The notes beneath the pieces are model-generated. The model was not told where the DNA came from. It worked only from the letters and a program-made list of their open reading frames with translations, and searched no databases. The translations under genes were made by a program, and so were the position numbers. From positions 124,001 through 188,000 of the forward strand of contig JAHDYR010000025.1 in the NCBI GenBank assembly GCA_019828565.1: a stretch of 64,000 bases of DNA, written 5' to 3'. Positions within the stretch are counted from its first letter, which is position 1; the number at the start of each line of letters is the position of its first letter. Below are positions 1 through 9,577 of this stretch, piece by piece. The stretch comes from Carpediemonas membranifera BICM. Lineage: Eukaryota > Protista > Fornicata.

Positions 1-1
1 G

Positions 2-796
2 GCGCTCGACCGCGAGGTTGCTAGCGCCGGTATGGCGATCAAGTCGTTCGAGAACTCCACGCCTGTCGAGGGCGACAAGTTCGTTGAGAAGGTGACGAAG
101 TTCGTCAAGGACGCACAGGGAGAGATTGACATGCTTAAGAAGCTCAACGGCGACTGGGAGAAGCTCTACGACAAGTTCGTCGAGGCCTACGGCATGAACC
201 TCAACAAGACATCGCCCGAGGAGATCATCGAGATGATGGCTACTTTCCTCAAGACCTACGAGAAGTGCATGCAGGAGAACGCCGCTGACATCGCCAAGCT
301 GGCCGCCGAAGAGAAGAAGAAGGCCAAGCTCGAGGCCGCGCAGAAGCGCAAGGACGCGCTCAAGGCCGCGAGGGAGGCGAAGGAGGCCGCCAAGAACAAG
401 CCGAAGGTGCCCGACGCCGTGGCGACAGTCACCGAGGTCAAGCCGAGCGACCCGATCGAGCCCGCCGCCAGACCAGCCGACGTCGTTGAGGGCGAGGAGC
501 CTGCCGCTCCAGCGGAAGACACGCCCAAGCCTGCGCTCGACCCGATCGAGGAGTCGCCCGACCCGATCCCCGCGGGCACGATCCCACCGACCCCGGCCAG
601 CGAAGACATGCCGCCGCCCAGCGCCTCGATCAAGCCGATGCACGCGGTCAAGCCGTCCTTCAGCGATATCGCCAACTCCGCCGCGGCAGACCAGAAGGGC
701 CTGCTCGACGACCTCATCGGCAGCCTCAGAGACGGTGAAGCCTTCAAGACGATCCGCCCCCGCCGCAACAGGGCGCGGAAGTCGCCGATGTTCTAA
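2..796 (+). CDS. Formin (Diaphanous-like), 3' part: end of FH2 domain plus DAD-like tail; gene begins upstream of window
   Basis: FH2 C-terminal pattern GDKFVEKVTKFVKDA...YG...SPEEIIEMMATFLKTYEK; DAD-like LLDDLIGSLRDGEAF followed by basic RPRRNR; frame open from window start. Confidence 0.75.
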   Translation, partial: ALDREVASAGMAIKSFENSTPVEGDKFVEKVTKFVKDAQGEIDMLKKLNGDWEKLYDKFVEAYGMNLNKTSPEEIIEMMATFLKTYEKCMQENAADIAKLAAEEKKKAKLEAAQKRKDALKAAREAKEAAKNKPKVPDAVATVTEVKPSDPIEPAARPADVVEGEEPAAPAEDTPKPALDPIEESPDPIPAGTIPPTPASEDMPPPSASIKPMHAVKPSFSDIANSAAADQKGLLDDLIGSLRDGEAFKTIRPRRNRARKSPMF

Positions 797-1094
797 GCCC
801 CTTGTCAAGTGTATGTGTAAATCTTATCAGGACGGCCTGAAGCGTGCCGCGTGTCGAATACTTGGAGCAGGACGGCTGTTACAAGAATGAGGATGCTTGT
901 GGCGAACAGGGGAATGGCGCTAGTTGCCGAAGGTTTCCGAAGGTTTAATGGGCTAAGCCCGAAGAATCCGCACTATTTACATGTTAATGAATGAAAAATC
1001 CGCTATTACGCCGGGGGAGGCAAGTCCAAGGCGGCAGGAGCTTCGTCAGGTGAGGGATGCTCCCGGAGGGACCGCGCGCGCAGTGCGGCAGCCG

Positions 1095-1760
1095 TCATCC
1101 GAGCCATCTCGTTCTGCAATGCCCTACCAGAGTAGTTGTACTTGCGGAAGCTCCTAATGGCGTTCTTGGCGCGTTCGATGAACTCGGTCTTATCATCGTC
1201 GGGCCAGGCGAAGAACCTAAAGCGCCCATGCTTATGCCCACATATACGCCCCCTGTCAATGTTAGCTCGTAGACGATGCCAGCGCCGCGCCTCGCAAGGC
1301 TGGGCGTGTGGGCTTGGAGGTCATCAGAGGAAGGAATGAGGATGTCGGAGCTGGGGTCATCCCCCATAATCTCTTCGTAAATCGCCTCACCCCTGGCCCC
1401 GAGGGCGGCAAGCTCTGCTTCACTTGTCTTGGCCCGCAGTTTGGTCCACGAGATCTTGATTCTGTCGCGGTTTTTGAATATGGGCCGAAGGCTCTCCTCC
1501 ATCTCTTCCCAATGGCCATCTAACTTCTTGTGCTTGGTAGATTCCGCATCACCGTGGATAATAGTCAGAAGTTCGACTCGCTTGAGCCCAATGAACGCAA
1601 TGAGGCAATCTTCGATGCCACCTTTCTTGAAACAAATCCTCTTGCGCCTGTTGGGCTTCTGCCTCCGCTTTCTAACCGCTTTCTTCGTCATTGCAACCTC
1701 CGATAACGCACGCCGGAGACCAATCAGACTCCCAATCACATATTTTTGTGTACCGTGCAC
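1095..1760 (-). CDS. Hypothetical basic protein, possible Myb/SANT-like (trihelix/MADF) DNA-binding domain
   Basis: 221-aa ORF, NLS-like KKAVRKRRQK; W..M...L...RDRIKISWTKLRAK resembles the Myb/SANT-like helix pattern; AT-richer codon usage than neighbours. Confidence 0.35.
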   Translation of the reverse strand: MHGTQKYVIGSLIGLRRALSEVAMTKKAVRKRRQKPNRRKRICFKKGGIEDCLIAFIGLKRVELLTIIHGDAESTKHKKLDGHWEEMEESLRPIFKNRDRIKISWTKLRAKTSEAELAALGARGEAIYEEIMGDDPSSDILIPSSDDLQAHTPSLARRGAGIVYELTLTGGVYVGISMGALGSSPGPTMIRPSSSNAPRTPLGASASTTTLVGHCRTRWLG

Positions 1761-1789
1761 CGTTTATATTAGCCGAATAATGACCGAAT

Positions 1790-2884
1790 CTACTGCTCCT
1801 TCGCCATGTACACTGTCGCCGGGTCAACCCCATTAGCCTCCAGGATCTTGCTAGCCGCCTCCCGGGCCTGCTGCCTGAGCCTCTTCCTCTCGCCCTCCTC
1901 TATGAACGCCACCTCGAACCCGTAGTCCGCGACCCTGGCGAGGTCTGCGAGAGTCAACCCGCATTGCTCGTGGACCAGCATGTACTCGTGGGTCAACGTG
2001 ATGTTGGAGACAGTGCGGTTGTCGGTGCAGATCACCGTGGGGAGCCCGGCGTCGAGGTACTGCCGGATGGGCCAGTCGGACATGGTCTTGACGCACTTGG
2101 TCTGGATGTTCGACGTGGGGCACATCTCCAGTGCCACGCGGCGGTTGACGGCGACGGGGACGAGCTCGGGGTCCTCCCTCATCCGGATGCCGTGGCCGAT
2201 GCGCTCGGCCTTGCACTCGACGATCGAATCCCGGACTGAGTCGGCGCCGGCGGCCTCGCCCGAGTGGAGGGTCAGCCTGAGCTCCGGGTGGTTGTGGACG
2301 ATCTCGATCGACGAGGGGTGGGTCTGGGAGATGAAGCCGTGCTCGGATCCGGCCATGTCGAAGGCCACGACACCGTGCTCCATGTGGCGGATAGCGAGGC
2401 GGGCCATCTCGTCAACCTCATCAGCGGGCATGAACCGCATGCCGCACACGATGAAGCGGACAACGATGGGGAACTGTGTCATGGCACGCCGAGCACCCGC
2501 CCAGACGGCTAGCATGACGTCGTCGAGGGTGAGGCCCCTCGCTGTGTGGAACTTGGGAGCAAAGCGGATCTCGGCGTAGGTCACACCATCAATGTGGCAA
2601 TCTTCGGCAAGCTCGAATGCGATTCGCTCGAGGGCCTCGGCATCCTGCATCACGGCGATGGGAATATCGAAGCGAGCGAGGTACTCGTCCAGGTTATTTG
2701 TGTTCTCATCTACGAACATGCGCATCTTCAGCTCATCGAGATTCAAGTTCGGGAGTTCGGCGAGGTTCGCTGGGAGCTCGGCGTTACGAGTCTTCGAAAG
2801 CTCCATGACAGTTGCGGGGCGAACGCTTCCATCGAGATGAAGGTGAAGGTCTGTCTTTGGCAGCTGCCTGATTACTGCTTCCAT
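1790..2884 (-). CDS. ADA: Adenosine deaminase
   Basis: LPKTDLHLHLDGS, YAEIRFAP, TLHSGE, RIGHG, LEMCPTSN and CTDN motifs. Confidence 0.93.
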   Translation of the reverse strand: MEAVIRQLPKTDLHLHLDGSVRPATVMELSKTRNAELPANLAELPNLNLDELKMRMFVDENTNNLDEYLARFDIPIAVMQDAEALERIAFELAEDCHIDGVTYAEIRFAPKFHTARGLTLDDVMLAVWAGARRAMTQFPIVVRFIVCGMRFMPADEVDEMARLAIRHMEHGVVAFDMAGSEHGFISQTHPSSIEIVHNHPELRLTLHSGEAAGADSVRDSIVECKAERIGHGIRMREDPELVPVAVNRRVALEMCPTSNIQTKCVKTMSDWPIRQYLDAGLPTVICTDNRTVSNITLTHEYMLVHEQCGLTLADLARVADYGFEVAFIEEGERKRLRQQAREAASKILEANGVDPATVYMAKEQ

Positions 2885-3063
2885 GTTCGATGACGTCTTA
2901 CGTGGTCCACCTTGTGTGGTCCCCTCTGGTCAAAACTGCCCTGATCAATTCGATCGCGCCAATCGTACCCAAATCCGGTCATCCGTCTCGCCCAGCAGAC
3001 ACTCCATCGCCTCGCATAGTGTTAGAATGAGATTTATGGTACAGAAGCTGTAAGGCAGCCGGA

Positions 3064-4128
3064 TCACACAACGGGTATTGCAATCTCACCGATGAGCTCC
3101 AACAACCGGGTGACAAGGACAGAGCGCTCGCCGATCCCGACACCGACTGCCATGGCGCCCTTGCGTCGGACATGAAGGAGCGCACGGCCGTCGGGCATCA
3201 CCGAGGCTGCTTGGACGGGCCGGTAGAGGGGGTACGCGTACTCCTCGTCGGTCATAAGACGCTCCAGGGCCTCGGGGTGGCTGACCAAGGCGCGGCCAGC
3301 CGAGTCGATCACGAGGCAGGCGTCGAACGGGTCGAGCGTTGCGGGCAGGGACTCGTCCTCCTCGGTCAAGTCGGCGAACGCTGCGGCTACCTTCTCCTTG
3401 AACTGGTCAAGTGGGGGGCATCCCACCGCTAGCACGACGACGTTGGCTGAGCATCGCACGAGGGCCGTGCGACTGGTGACGGCGGGGTTACTGAACGGCA
3501 AGTAAAGCTCTGAGTCAACCGAGTCCTCGCCGTCCTCGAGCGGCAGGACGAACTGGAGCAGGTCCCGCTCGACGGTGTGGAGCCTCATAAAGGCCTCTGT
3601 GGTAACAATGTACTCGCCACGGTAGAGCACAGCCGCCATGCCGAGGTCGAGGGTGTCCAGCGCTGCTGTAAACTTAGCCCTGGTCTGCTTCCCGGCGGGC
3701 AGGAAGAATGAAGCCTCGTGGGCCGCGAGGGTCGGCTGGAGCGGTCGCCCGATGGCGGTAGTGATGGCTTCCTCAATGGCCGAAAACATCTCCTTAAGCT
3801 GCTTAGGCTCGTCAGCGTAGTAGTTCGGACCGTCAGCCATCTCCGTGAGCGACTGAAGTCTGATGAGGAGGTTGCTGACGTGTTCAGCCGACAAGTGCGA
3901 TCCTGAGGGGTGCGCGAAAACGAACATGAACTCGCTGGGCATCATGCGAATGCCAAAGTTCAGGGCGCTCGAGATTACGTAGCTAAATGGGCCTTGTGCG
4001 AGATTTGCAAGCGCAGCTTCATGCATCTCGGGAAGGTCGCCGTGATTGAGCATTGGGATGTTATTTGACAGTGAATAGACAACATTCAATGATGCATCAG
4101 CCACGAAGAAGAGGAAATCGCTTTGCAT
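3064..4128 (-). CDS. Hypothetical protein, possibly Mon1/HPS1/Fuzzy-type longin-domain trafficking factor
   Basis: 354-aa ORF with host codon bias; N-terminal beta-alpha-beta longin-like pattern; family assignment tentative. Confidence 0.4.
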   Translation of the reverse strand: MQSDFLFFVADASLNVVYSLSNNIPMLNHGDLPEMHEAALANLAQGPFSYVISSALNFGIRMMPSEFMFVFAHPSGSHLSAEHVSNLLIRLQSLTEMADGPNYYADEPKQLKEMFSAIEEAITTAIGRPLQPTLAAHEASFFLPAGKQTRAKFTAALDTLDLGMAAVLYRGEYIVTTEAFMRLHTVERDLLQFVLPLEDGEDSVDSELYLPFSNPAVTSRTALVRCSANVVVLAVGCPPLDQFKEKVAAAFADLTEEDESLPATLDPFDACLVIDSAGRALVSHPEALERLMTDEEYAYPLYRPVQAASVMPDGRALLHVRRKGAMAVGVGIGERSVLVTRLLELIGEIAIPVV

Positions 4129-4240
4129 CGTTGAAATGAAAAGGTGCAGAATATGGCACGAGCCTTGCTCAGCTCAAGACACCCTCGCCACATGCCTATA
4201 CATCTATTTACCGTGTCTGTCTGGTGCCGCACAGCCCCAG

Positions 4241-6016
4241 CTACGACTTCTCCGACAGCTCCGGGAACTTCTCCAGGAGATCCGGGCGACCCTTGAGGAA
4301 CGTCTCCAGCGCCTCTAGCTCCACCGCCTCGCCCCACGGCACCCAGGAATCGTGCTTCGGGGCGTCCCAGGGGGAAGCCCACCTGACCCTGAACTTGAGC
4401 GTGCTGAGCTTCTGTCCCTTGGCGGAGACGATGGATGCGACTTCATAGAGATCTTCATCCGCGTCGGTGTTGTCCGGGAGCTCGCTGGGCGTCATGGGCC
4501 GGCTCTCGGTCTCCGCTTGCATTTCCGCGTCCTCCTCTGAATCGGACGAGTGCAGCTTGATCGGCTGGGACGGAACCGCCACGCCACCGCGGGCACCGCG
4601 CACGGAGACGCTGTGCTGGAGCGGATGTGTCCGCTGCCCGAGCCGCTTCACACTCCGGCGGGGGGATGACAGGACGGGCGTGGCCCAACGACTCGAGACA
4701 GGCGTGCTGGGCGACTGCGGGGCGGACCCCGGCCTTGGTGTCGGGCGTATGGCCGAGGCGTTCGTCGTGATGGTCGAGGACATCTGGTGGATCGCCCGGA
4801 GCTTTCTCCGGAGCTCCAGGTTCTCCTCCTTCAGCCGCTGCACCTCCTGCCGCAGCTCCTCGGTGTCTGCGCGTGTCGTCACAGGCGAGCTGATGCCCGC
4901 GGCCGTGGGTGACGCCACCGAGAACCGACGGGCCCGGGGTGAGGCGGGGGTCGCCCTGTTCTGGGCGAGGGTAGACTGTGCCAGGGTCGACTGGACGGTG
5001 GTGTGGATGGGCTTGCCGGCAGCGGCGCTGAGGAACTCGAGCACGACGGTGGTGCGGCCCGCCTCGGTCGCGAGGGGGTTGATGCAGCCGATGACGTTCA
5101 GCGAGGTGCGGGGGTGTTGCTGGAAAGCTGCACATAGCAGCTTGTTGACGGCTGTCTCGGCGAACGGGATGTGCGAGGAGCCCTTCGTAATCGCCTCAAA
5201 CAGCCGCTTCAGCGCCACGTTGTCCAGTCGAATCTGCTGCCCCTCCTCCTTCGACAGCGCCGTGTGGCCAGCATCCAGCGCCTCTGAGCCTGCAAGGTCG
5301 ACGAAAGTCATCCGTCGCTGCTTGCGGCCGTTTTGTTTTGTCATCACAAGCTCGACAAAGAGATGTGACCTGCTACTCTGGATGTTAGACCTCGACTTGT
5401 CCTGCTTGCGGCGCCGCAACACAATGTCCAGCTCGTCCAGGCTCATGACGTCGAGCTGGGCGGCCGGCACCTCGAAGACGTTCGTATCACGCGCAGTGAT
5501 CGGCAGCGGCTTCTTGCTGCGGGACGTCATGTCGTATACGTTCTTCTTGTACACCTGCATGGCCCGGAGCCCGACATTCTGGCGTTGGCGAAGGGCATCC
5601 TCGACGACTCTGAAGATGACTCCGTCCCGGTCGCCGATCATCGTGTGGCTCTTGCCCGAACCCGTGGGGCCATAGACTATGAATATAGAGTTCATGGGCG
5701 CCCGTTGGGTCATGGCGGCATAGACGTCCTCCTGGGTGGTTTCGGGACCCATAACTTGCCCTACGTTAAGCGTGCGAACACGTTGCTTGCCGTTGTAGGT
5801 AAGAGTTACTTCAGAGCCAGCATATGTCACGCATGTGGGATCTGCCTCATTCTCCTTTGGCACAGGACGAATGCGCGCGAATGTCGCAATTCTAGCTTTG
5901 CTCTCGCGGCCAGGAGAAGCTGCAAACGTAACACTTACTGGGCTGAATGGGGAGGCCGCTTCACTATCTGATTGGTGCCCGCATAGGGGAGAGTGAGGCG
6001 AATGCATACCATGCAT
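4241..6016 (-). CDS. Kinesin motor protein with C-terminal chromodomain
   Basis: RIRP, P-loop GPTGSGKS, switch I SSRSH, switch II DLAGSE, HIPF; coiled coil; C-terminal YEVASIV...FRVRWASPW...DSWVP chromo motif. Start placed at ATG 6016 because the ORF extension to 6253 lies inside the inserted element. Confidence 0.88.
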   Translation of the reverse strand: MHGMHSPHSPLCGHQSDSEAASPFSPVSVTFAASPGRESKARIATFARIRPVPKENEADPTCVTYAGSEVTLTYNGKQRVRTLNVGQVMGPETTQEDVYAAMTQRAPMNSIFIVYGPTGSGKSHTMIGDRDGVIFRVVEDALRQRQNVGLRAMQVYKKNVYDMTSRSKKPLPITARDTNVFEVPAAQLDVMSLDELDIVLRRRKQDKSRSNIQSSRSHLFVELVMTKQNGRKQRRMTFVDLAGSEALDAGHTALSKEEGQQIRLDNVALKRLFEAITKGSSHIPFAETAVNKLLCAAFQQHPRTSLNVIGCINPLATEAGRTTVVLEFLSAAAGKPIHTTVQSTLAQSTLAQNRATPASPRARRFSVASPTAAGISSPVTTRADTEELRQEVQRLKEENLELRRKLRAIHQMSSTITTNASAIRPTPRPGSAPQSPSTPVSSRWATPVLSSPRRSVKRLGQRTHPLQHSVSVRGARGGVAVPSQPIKLHSSDSEEDAEMQAETESRPMTPSELPDNTDADEDLYEVASIVSAKGQKLSTLKFRVRWASPWDAPKHDSWVPWGEAVELEALETFLKGRPDLLEKFPELSEKS

Positions 6017-6024
6017 CGAAGGAC

Positions 6025-6058
6025 TGTGCTGCGCAGGATTAGAATTGTTGAGTCCAAA
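6025..6058. repeat. Direct repeat (putative target-site duplication) of E1, 3' copy
   Basis: tgtgctgcgcaggattagaattgttgagtccaaa; 33/34 identical to 8427-8460. Confidence 0.92.
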
Positions 6059-6200
6059 ACACACAGTGATCCAAGCAGCATCAGGATCGCAGTGTGGTTC
6101 ATCATACTCTATCAACCGTGCGCAGCATATCACGCGCGCTGCAGCGCGTGCTTGCTCAACTTCGCAAGTTAATGATAGCGAGGAAGAGCACCTCTCTGGG
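6059..6200 (-). ncRNA. Putative omega-RNA-like scaffold of E1
   Basis: Between ORF end and repeat: stems CACGCGC/GCGCGUG (6131-6150) and CACAC-U-GCGAUCC/GGAUCAC-U-GUGUG ending 1 nt before the direct repeat; position typical of TnpB/Fanzor omega-RNA. Confidence 0.45.
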
Positions 6201-8065
6201 AGTGGAAAGGAGATTGCTCTATCTGATCTGAAGTTGCATCGAAGGTGCACCAATGGATGTTCTCGCTGGCGCTCTTATCTCGGTGAGAGAGATTGAGAAG
6301 TATGTCTCTCTGCTCGGGATGCCGACGTAGCCGTTCAACGCGCCATGGAGCTCCCTCGCACGCGGGATTCTGGCAGAGCATGGTGCGGTGTGTGTGCACC
6401 ACACGTCTGAAGTGTGCTTTGCAGTATGGGCACACGATGGAAGTGCGGAATTCGGAGACCATCGTGACAGTCACGACGACGTTGTGCCGGAGCATTATGC
6501 CAGGAAGTGCTCGAGCAAAGTGGCGGTACGGAGCACAGGAGGGAGTGCCGGCAGAACCGAACAGTGCAGCCCCATACGCGACTTCGAGGTGAATGGGCTC
6601 CGGGGGGCGCCCGCCGAGATCATCCAGGAGTTGACGTCCAGCCCGGGCGAAGTGCTTCTGGCGCAGACAGTGATTGGCAAAAAGTCGCACGGCGGAAACA
6701 CTTTCTCGTCCCCTCGTTGATGATCTGAACGATGTTCTCATGGACAAACCTAATCGACTGTTTGAGAGCCTCTAGACTTGTCGTTTTGAACGATGCTGCG
6801 CTCATATTCACGCGGAAAGAGGGGGTGGCAGTGTAGCCACACTTAGCGAGTACGCCAGATACACTCTGCCCGTCTGGGCGGCGGATCGTGTAGCCGCCCA
6901 GCGACCGAGCACCAGGGTCGAAGCCCATGAGAGCTTGAATGTCCGGGGCAGGAGTAGCCTCGGCGTCATCCTGACCGAGCCGAGCCCGCTTGTTGCTGCT
7001 ACCCTTTTTGTACGTGGGCCGGTCAGCCACCCGACCGCCACTGTATTTCTCGCGACCCACCCAAACCGTCACAGCAACAGAGACCCCGTCTGTCTTCACA
7101 GAGAGCACTCTGCGGAGTTTGGTGATGTCGCCGTGATCACGCTCGTATCTATCAACCTGCTCGTCGGTCAAATTCTTAGTTGCTGACCAATTCACGTGCT
7201 CGCGGGCACCGCTTCATGGCTGGGGTGAGCACTGTCACTCTGCGCTCGATGGTCATGAACCCAGGCCTGACCGGTGCCATCGGCACGAACGGGACGAGCT
7301 TCGGCTCTGGCAGGGCCTGACTGAGCTCGAGGTTCACGGCACGAGTGAGTGTGACCAGCTTGGTCACTGCAGCACTCATGCGCGTGACGCACGACAGCAC
7401 GCCGACGAGAGCCTCGGCCACGGTACCAGTGCGACCCACCCGCTGCTCCTCGGGCAATGCATGTATTTGAGGATGATACCTGCCATGATCGGCGGCTATG
7501 GCGGCAACCTCAGTGTCGAGCTCGCCTTGGGTGTCGAGAAAATCCTGTCGAACACCCGGCCGATCATGGAGGAGCGAACGCACCCGGTCTAATCCAGCAC
7601 GAAGACGGGTCAGGTACCCGGGTGACGCGCGCGAGAGCCAGACCGGGTGGCTGTGGAGTACTCGCCCAACCAGCTCTGAAATGGCGCTGCAATTCCAACG
7701 TAGGCTTCCTTGAAGTCCCGGACGAGTGGGGTTATGTCAGGGTCCCTCCACATCGCCAGGTCGCCAATCCACCTGCACCGATCCGCTGCCTTTGCCTTCG
7801 ACACCTTTTGCTGAGCAATGCTGACGATCTGCTTGAGGACCTCCTGGTCAAACAAGTTGACCGTCCTCGGTGGGGTCACCACGTGCGCAGATCCAGAGAC
7901 GTACGCAAGCAGGCAAGTGAATGTGTACTTAGCCTGCGTGAAAGAACGCATGCCGGGTTCAAGATTTCCTCTTCCTCGCCGCGGCGCGTTGTTATCGCCT
8001 CCACCGTTAATCTCGCCAATGGCCTTGTTAACGGAAACCTTCACCGTGTATATCTTGGAAGGCAT
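6169..8065 (-). pseudogene. Fanzor1-like (TnpB-family) RuvC nuclease, about 630 codons, three frameshifts as assembled
   Basis: VLSVKTDGVSV, RuvC-I LMGFDPG, RuvC-II VSEFRTS, Zn finger CPYC...CQNPAC, RuvC-III HRDKSASENI; pieces in ORFs 7610-8089, 7176-7583, 6620-7195 and 6169-6747. Confidence 0.88.
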
Positions 8066-8426
8066 CGGAGTATATTGAGCTGCCTGCATCGATCATTTCT
8101 TTTCAGGGTTCATCAGCTAGCAGCATCCCTCAAAACACAAGAAACCAGCATCATACAACACAAAGCGTCTTTACTACTAGCTACAACCGCTTTCCACCAC
8201 TAGTGTCTCTCACAACAGACAAAGATGACGACGACGACATGAGCTTCAGACGCCGGCAATGGACGACAGATGAGCGCGTAACAGACGAGCACAGACGCGA
8301 AAGAAGACAGCAGCGTTCGACACAGATGATGGACGACAGACGACGCATCTTTTCGTGCAGACCGACGACTGAAAGCACGAAAGCCCGATGGTACAGACGA
8401 GGGCTGAAGTGGGTGAGTGGAGGTAG

Positions 8427-8460
8427 TGTGCCGCGCAGGATTAGAATTGTTGAGTCCAAA
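8427..8460. repeat. Direct repeat (putative target-site duplication) of E1, 5' copy
   Basis: tgtgccgcgcaggattagaattgttgagtccaaa. Confidence 0.92.
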
Positions 8461-8667
8461 TACCACAACCAGCTTGTCATAAAGTGCGTCGTGAAGTATT
8501 GGCAAGTTGTGAGCCCATCGGGGTCTGTGGTGCTTCATATAGCGTCATATGACAGTCCGAGCAAGTTTTCCCGCCGTTTCGAGACTCGGGTTCTGTCGAT
8601 TCTCCTCAATCTCCACAACAAGCCAAGCAAGGTCACAGGGTCACCGGATTTAAACAGTATGAACTAC

Positions 8668-9240
8668 TTAAAGCTTACGGAACTCGAACTCGACGTCCTT
8701 GGAGGTCATGGTCTTGTAGACAGTGGAGAAGCACTCAAGACGGAACTCGGCGGTGGAGCGGTCGGCGGGGTCGAGGAAGACGTTGATACGGCGGGAAGAG
8801 TCAACGCAGTAGCGGGTCTGCTTGCCGGTGATCTTGACGGGGTAGACGAGGTCCTCGAGGAGGGAGTCGTGGACGGCGGTCAGGGTGCGAGAGTGGGGGC
8901 GGTTGATACGGCCGGCACGGACGCGCTTGGCCTGCTTGGCGACGATGCGGCGGTCAGCGACAACAACAACGGTGCGAGCAAGCTTCTTCTCAAGCTCACG
9001 GACGAGCTTGGTCTGGATCTTCTGGAAGGCAGTAAGGAAGGGAACGGGGACGTAGACAACGGCAGCCATCTCAGTCTCGTTCACCTTAACCTCAACGGCG
9101 CGGGAGAAGAAGAGAGTCTTGAGGGCAGCGCCGAACTCGGCGTGCTGCTCAAGATCAAACACAGCCTCAGCGACGCTGCGCTCAAACTCGGTAGGCTCGG
9201 AGCCATCGACCTTCTTGATCTTCCAGGAGGGGAATACCAT
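8668..9240 (-). CDS. RPS7: 40S ribosomal protein S7 (eS7)
   Basis: KIKK...PTEFE..VA...FDLE, LVRELEKK, RPHSRTLTAVHDSLLEDLVYP, VYKTMTSKDVEFEF; ATG at 9240. Confidence 0.95.
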   Translation of the reverse strand: MVFPSWKIKKVDGSEPTEFERSVAEAVFDLEQHAEFGAALKTLFFSRAVEVKVNETEMAAVVYVPVPFLTAFQKIQTKLVRELEKKLARTVVVVADRRIVAKQAKRVRAGRINRPHSRTLTAVHDSLLEDLVYPVKITGKQTRYCVDSSRRINVFLDPADRSTAEFRLECFSTVYKTMTSKDVEFEFRKL

Positions 9241-9521
9241 GCTATACTGCGACGAGAGCGAAAGGGCCACTTTTGCATGAAAAAAAGTGATGACAGTTTT
9301 GATGAAAGCGATGATTTGTAGTGTTGGGCGCCTACAGGATTTAGTCGCAGCCAGTACGGGAGAAATGGATTGGAATATGTGCTGTGCTGTGCTGACACCG
9401 ACTTATCGCAGTCGACCAGCCTTGTGCGAACAAAGAACAGCCAAAGAGGCCAAAGAGCTGAGAAAAGCCTATAAGCCTTGATGGAACTGTCTTCTGGCTC
9501 TAGACGGCTTTTTTCTCTCTT

Positions 9522-9577
9522 GCGATGAAGTATCATAGAGTGCACAGTGCAAGCAGTAAAGTAACTCTCAATCGTCT
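9522..9577. repeat. Uninterrupted paralogue of the E2 insertion site
   Basis: 9525-9577 identical over 53 bp to 26653-26705 and contains the 30-bp E2 direct repeat; left edge gcgat matches the other E2 flank (24318-24322). Confidence 0.85.

Larger units (their letters stand above)
6025..8460 (-). mobile_element. Fanzor-type element E1 (about 2.37 kb interior 6059-8426) flanked by 34-bp direct repeats
   Basis: TnpB/Fanzor-like coding region between direct repeats 6025-6058 and 8427-8460; homologous to elements at 24.3-26.7 kb and 34.3-35.9 kb. Confidence 0.85.

Noticed and set aside
900-1060. ccgaaggttt tandem and small hairpins suggesting an ncRNA
   Set aside because: No recognisable tRNA, snRNA or snoRNA motifs; cannot be supported without a covariance search.
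6017-6253. N-terminal extension of the kinesin ORF to 6253
   Set aside because: It runs through the E1 direct repeat, hairpins and Fanzor 3' end and starts at a GTG; chance open frame.
8203-9321. 372-aa plus-strand ORF and the many other long antisense ORFs
   Set aside because: Shadow frames of GC3-rich genes (here RPS7 plus the E1 leader) with no protein motifs.
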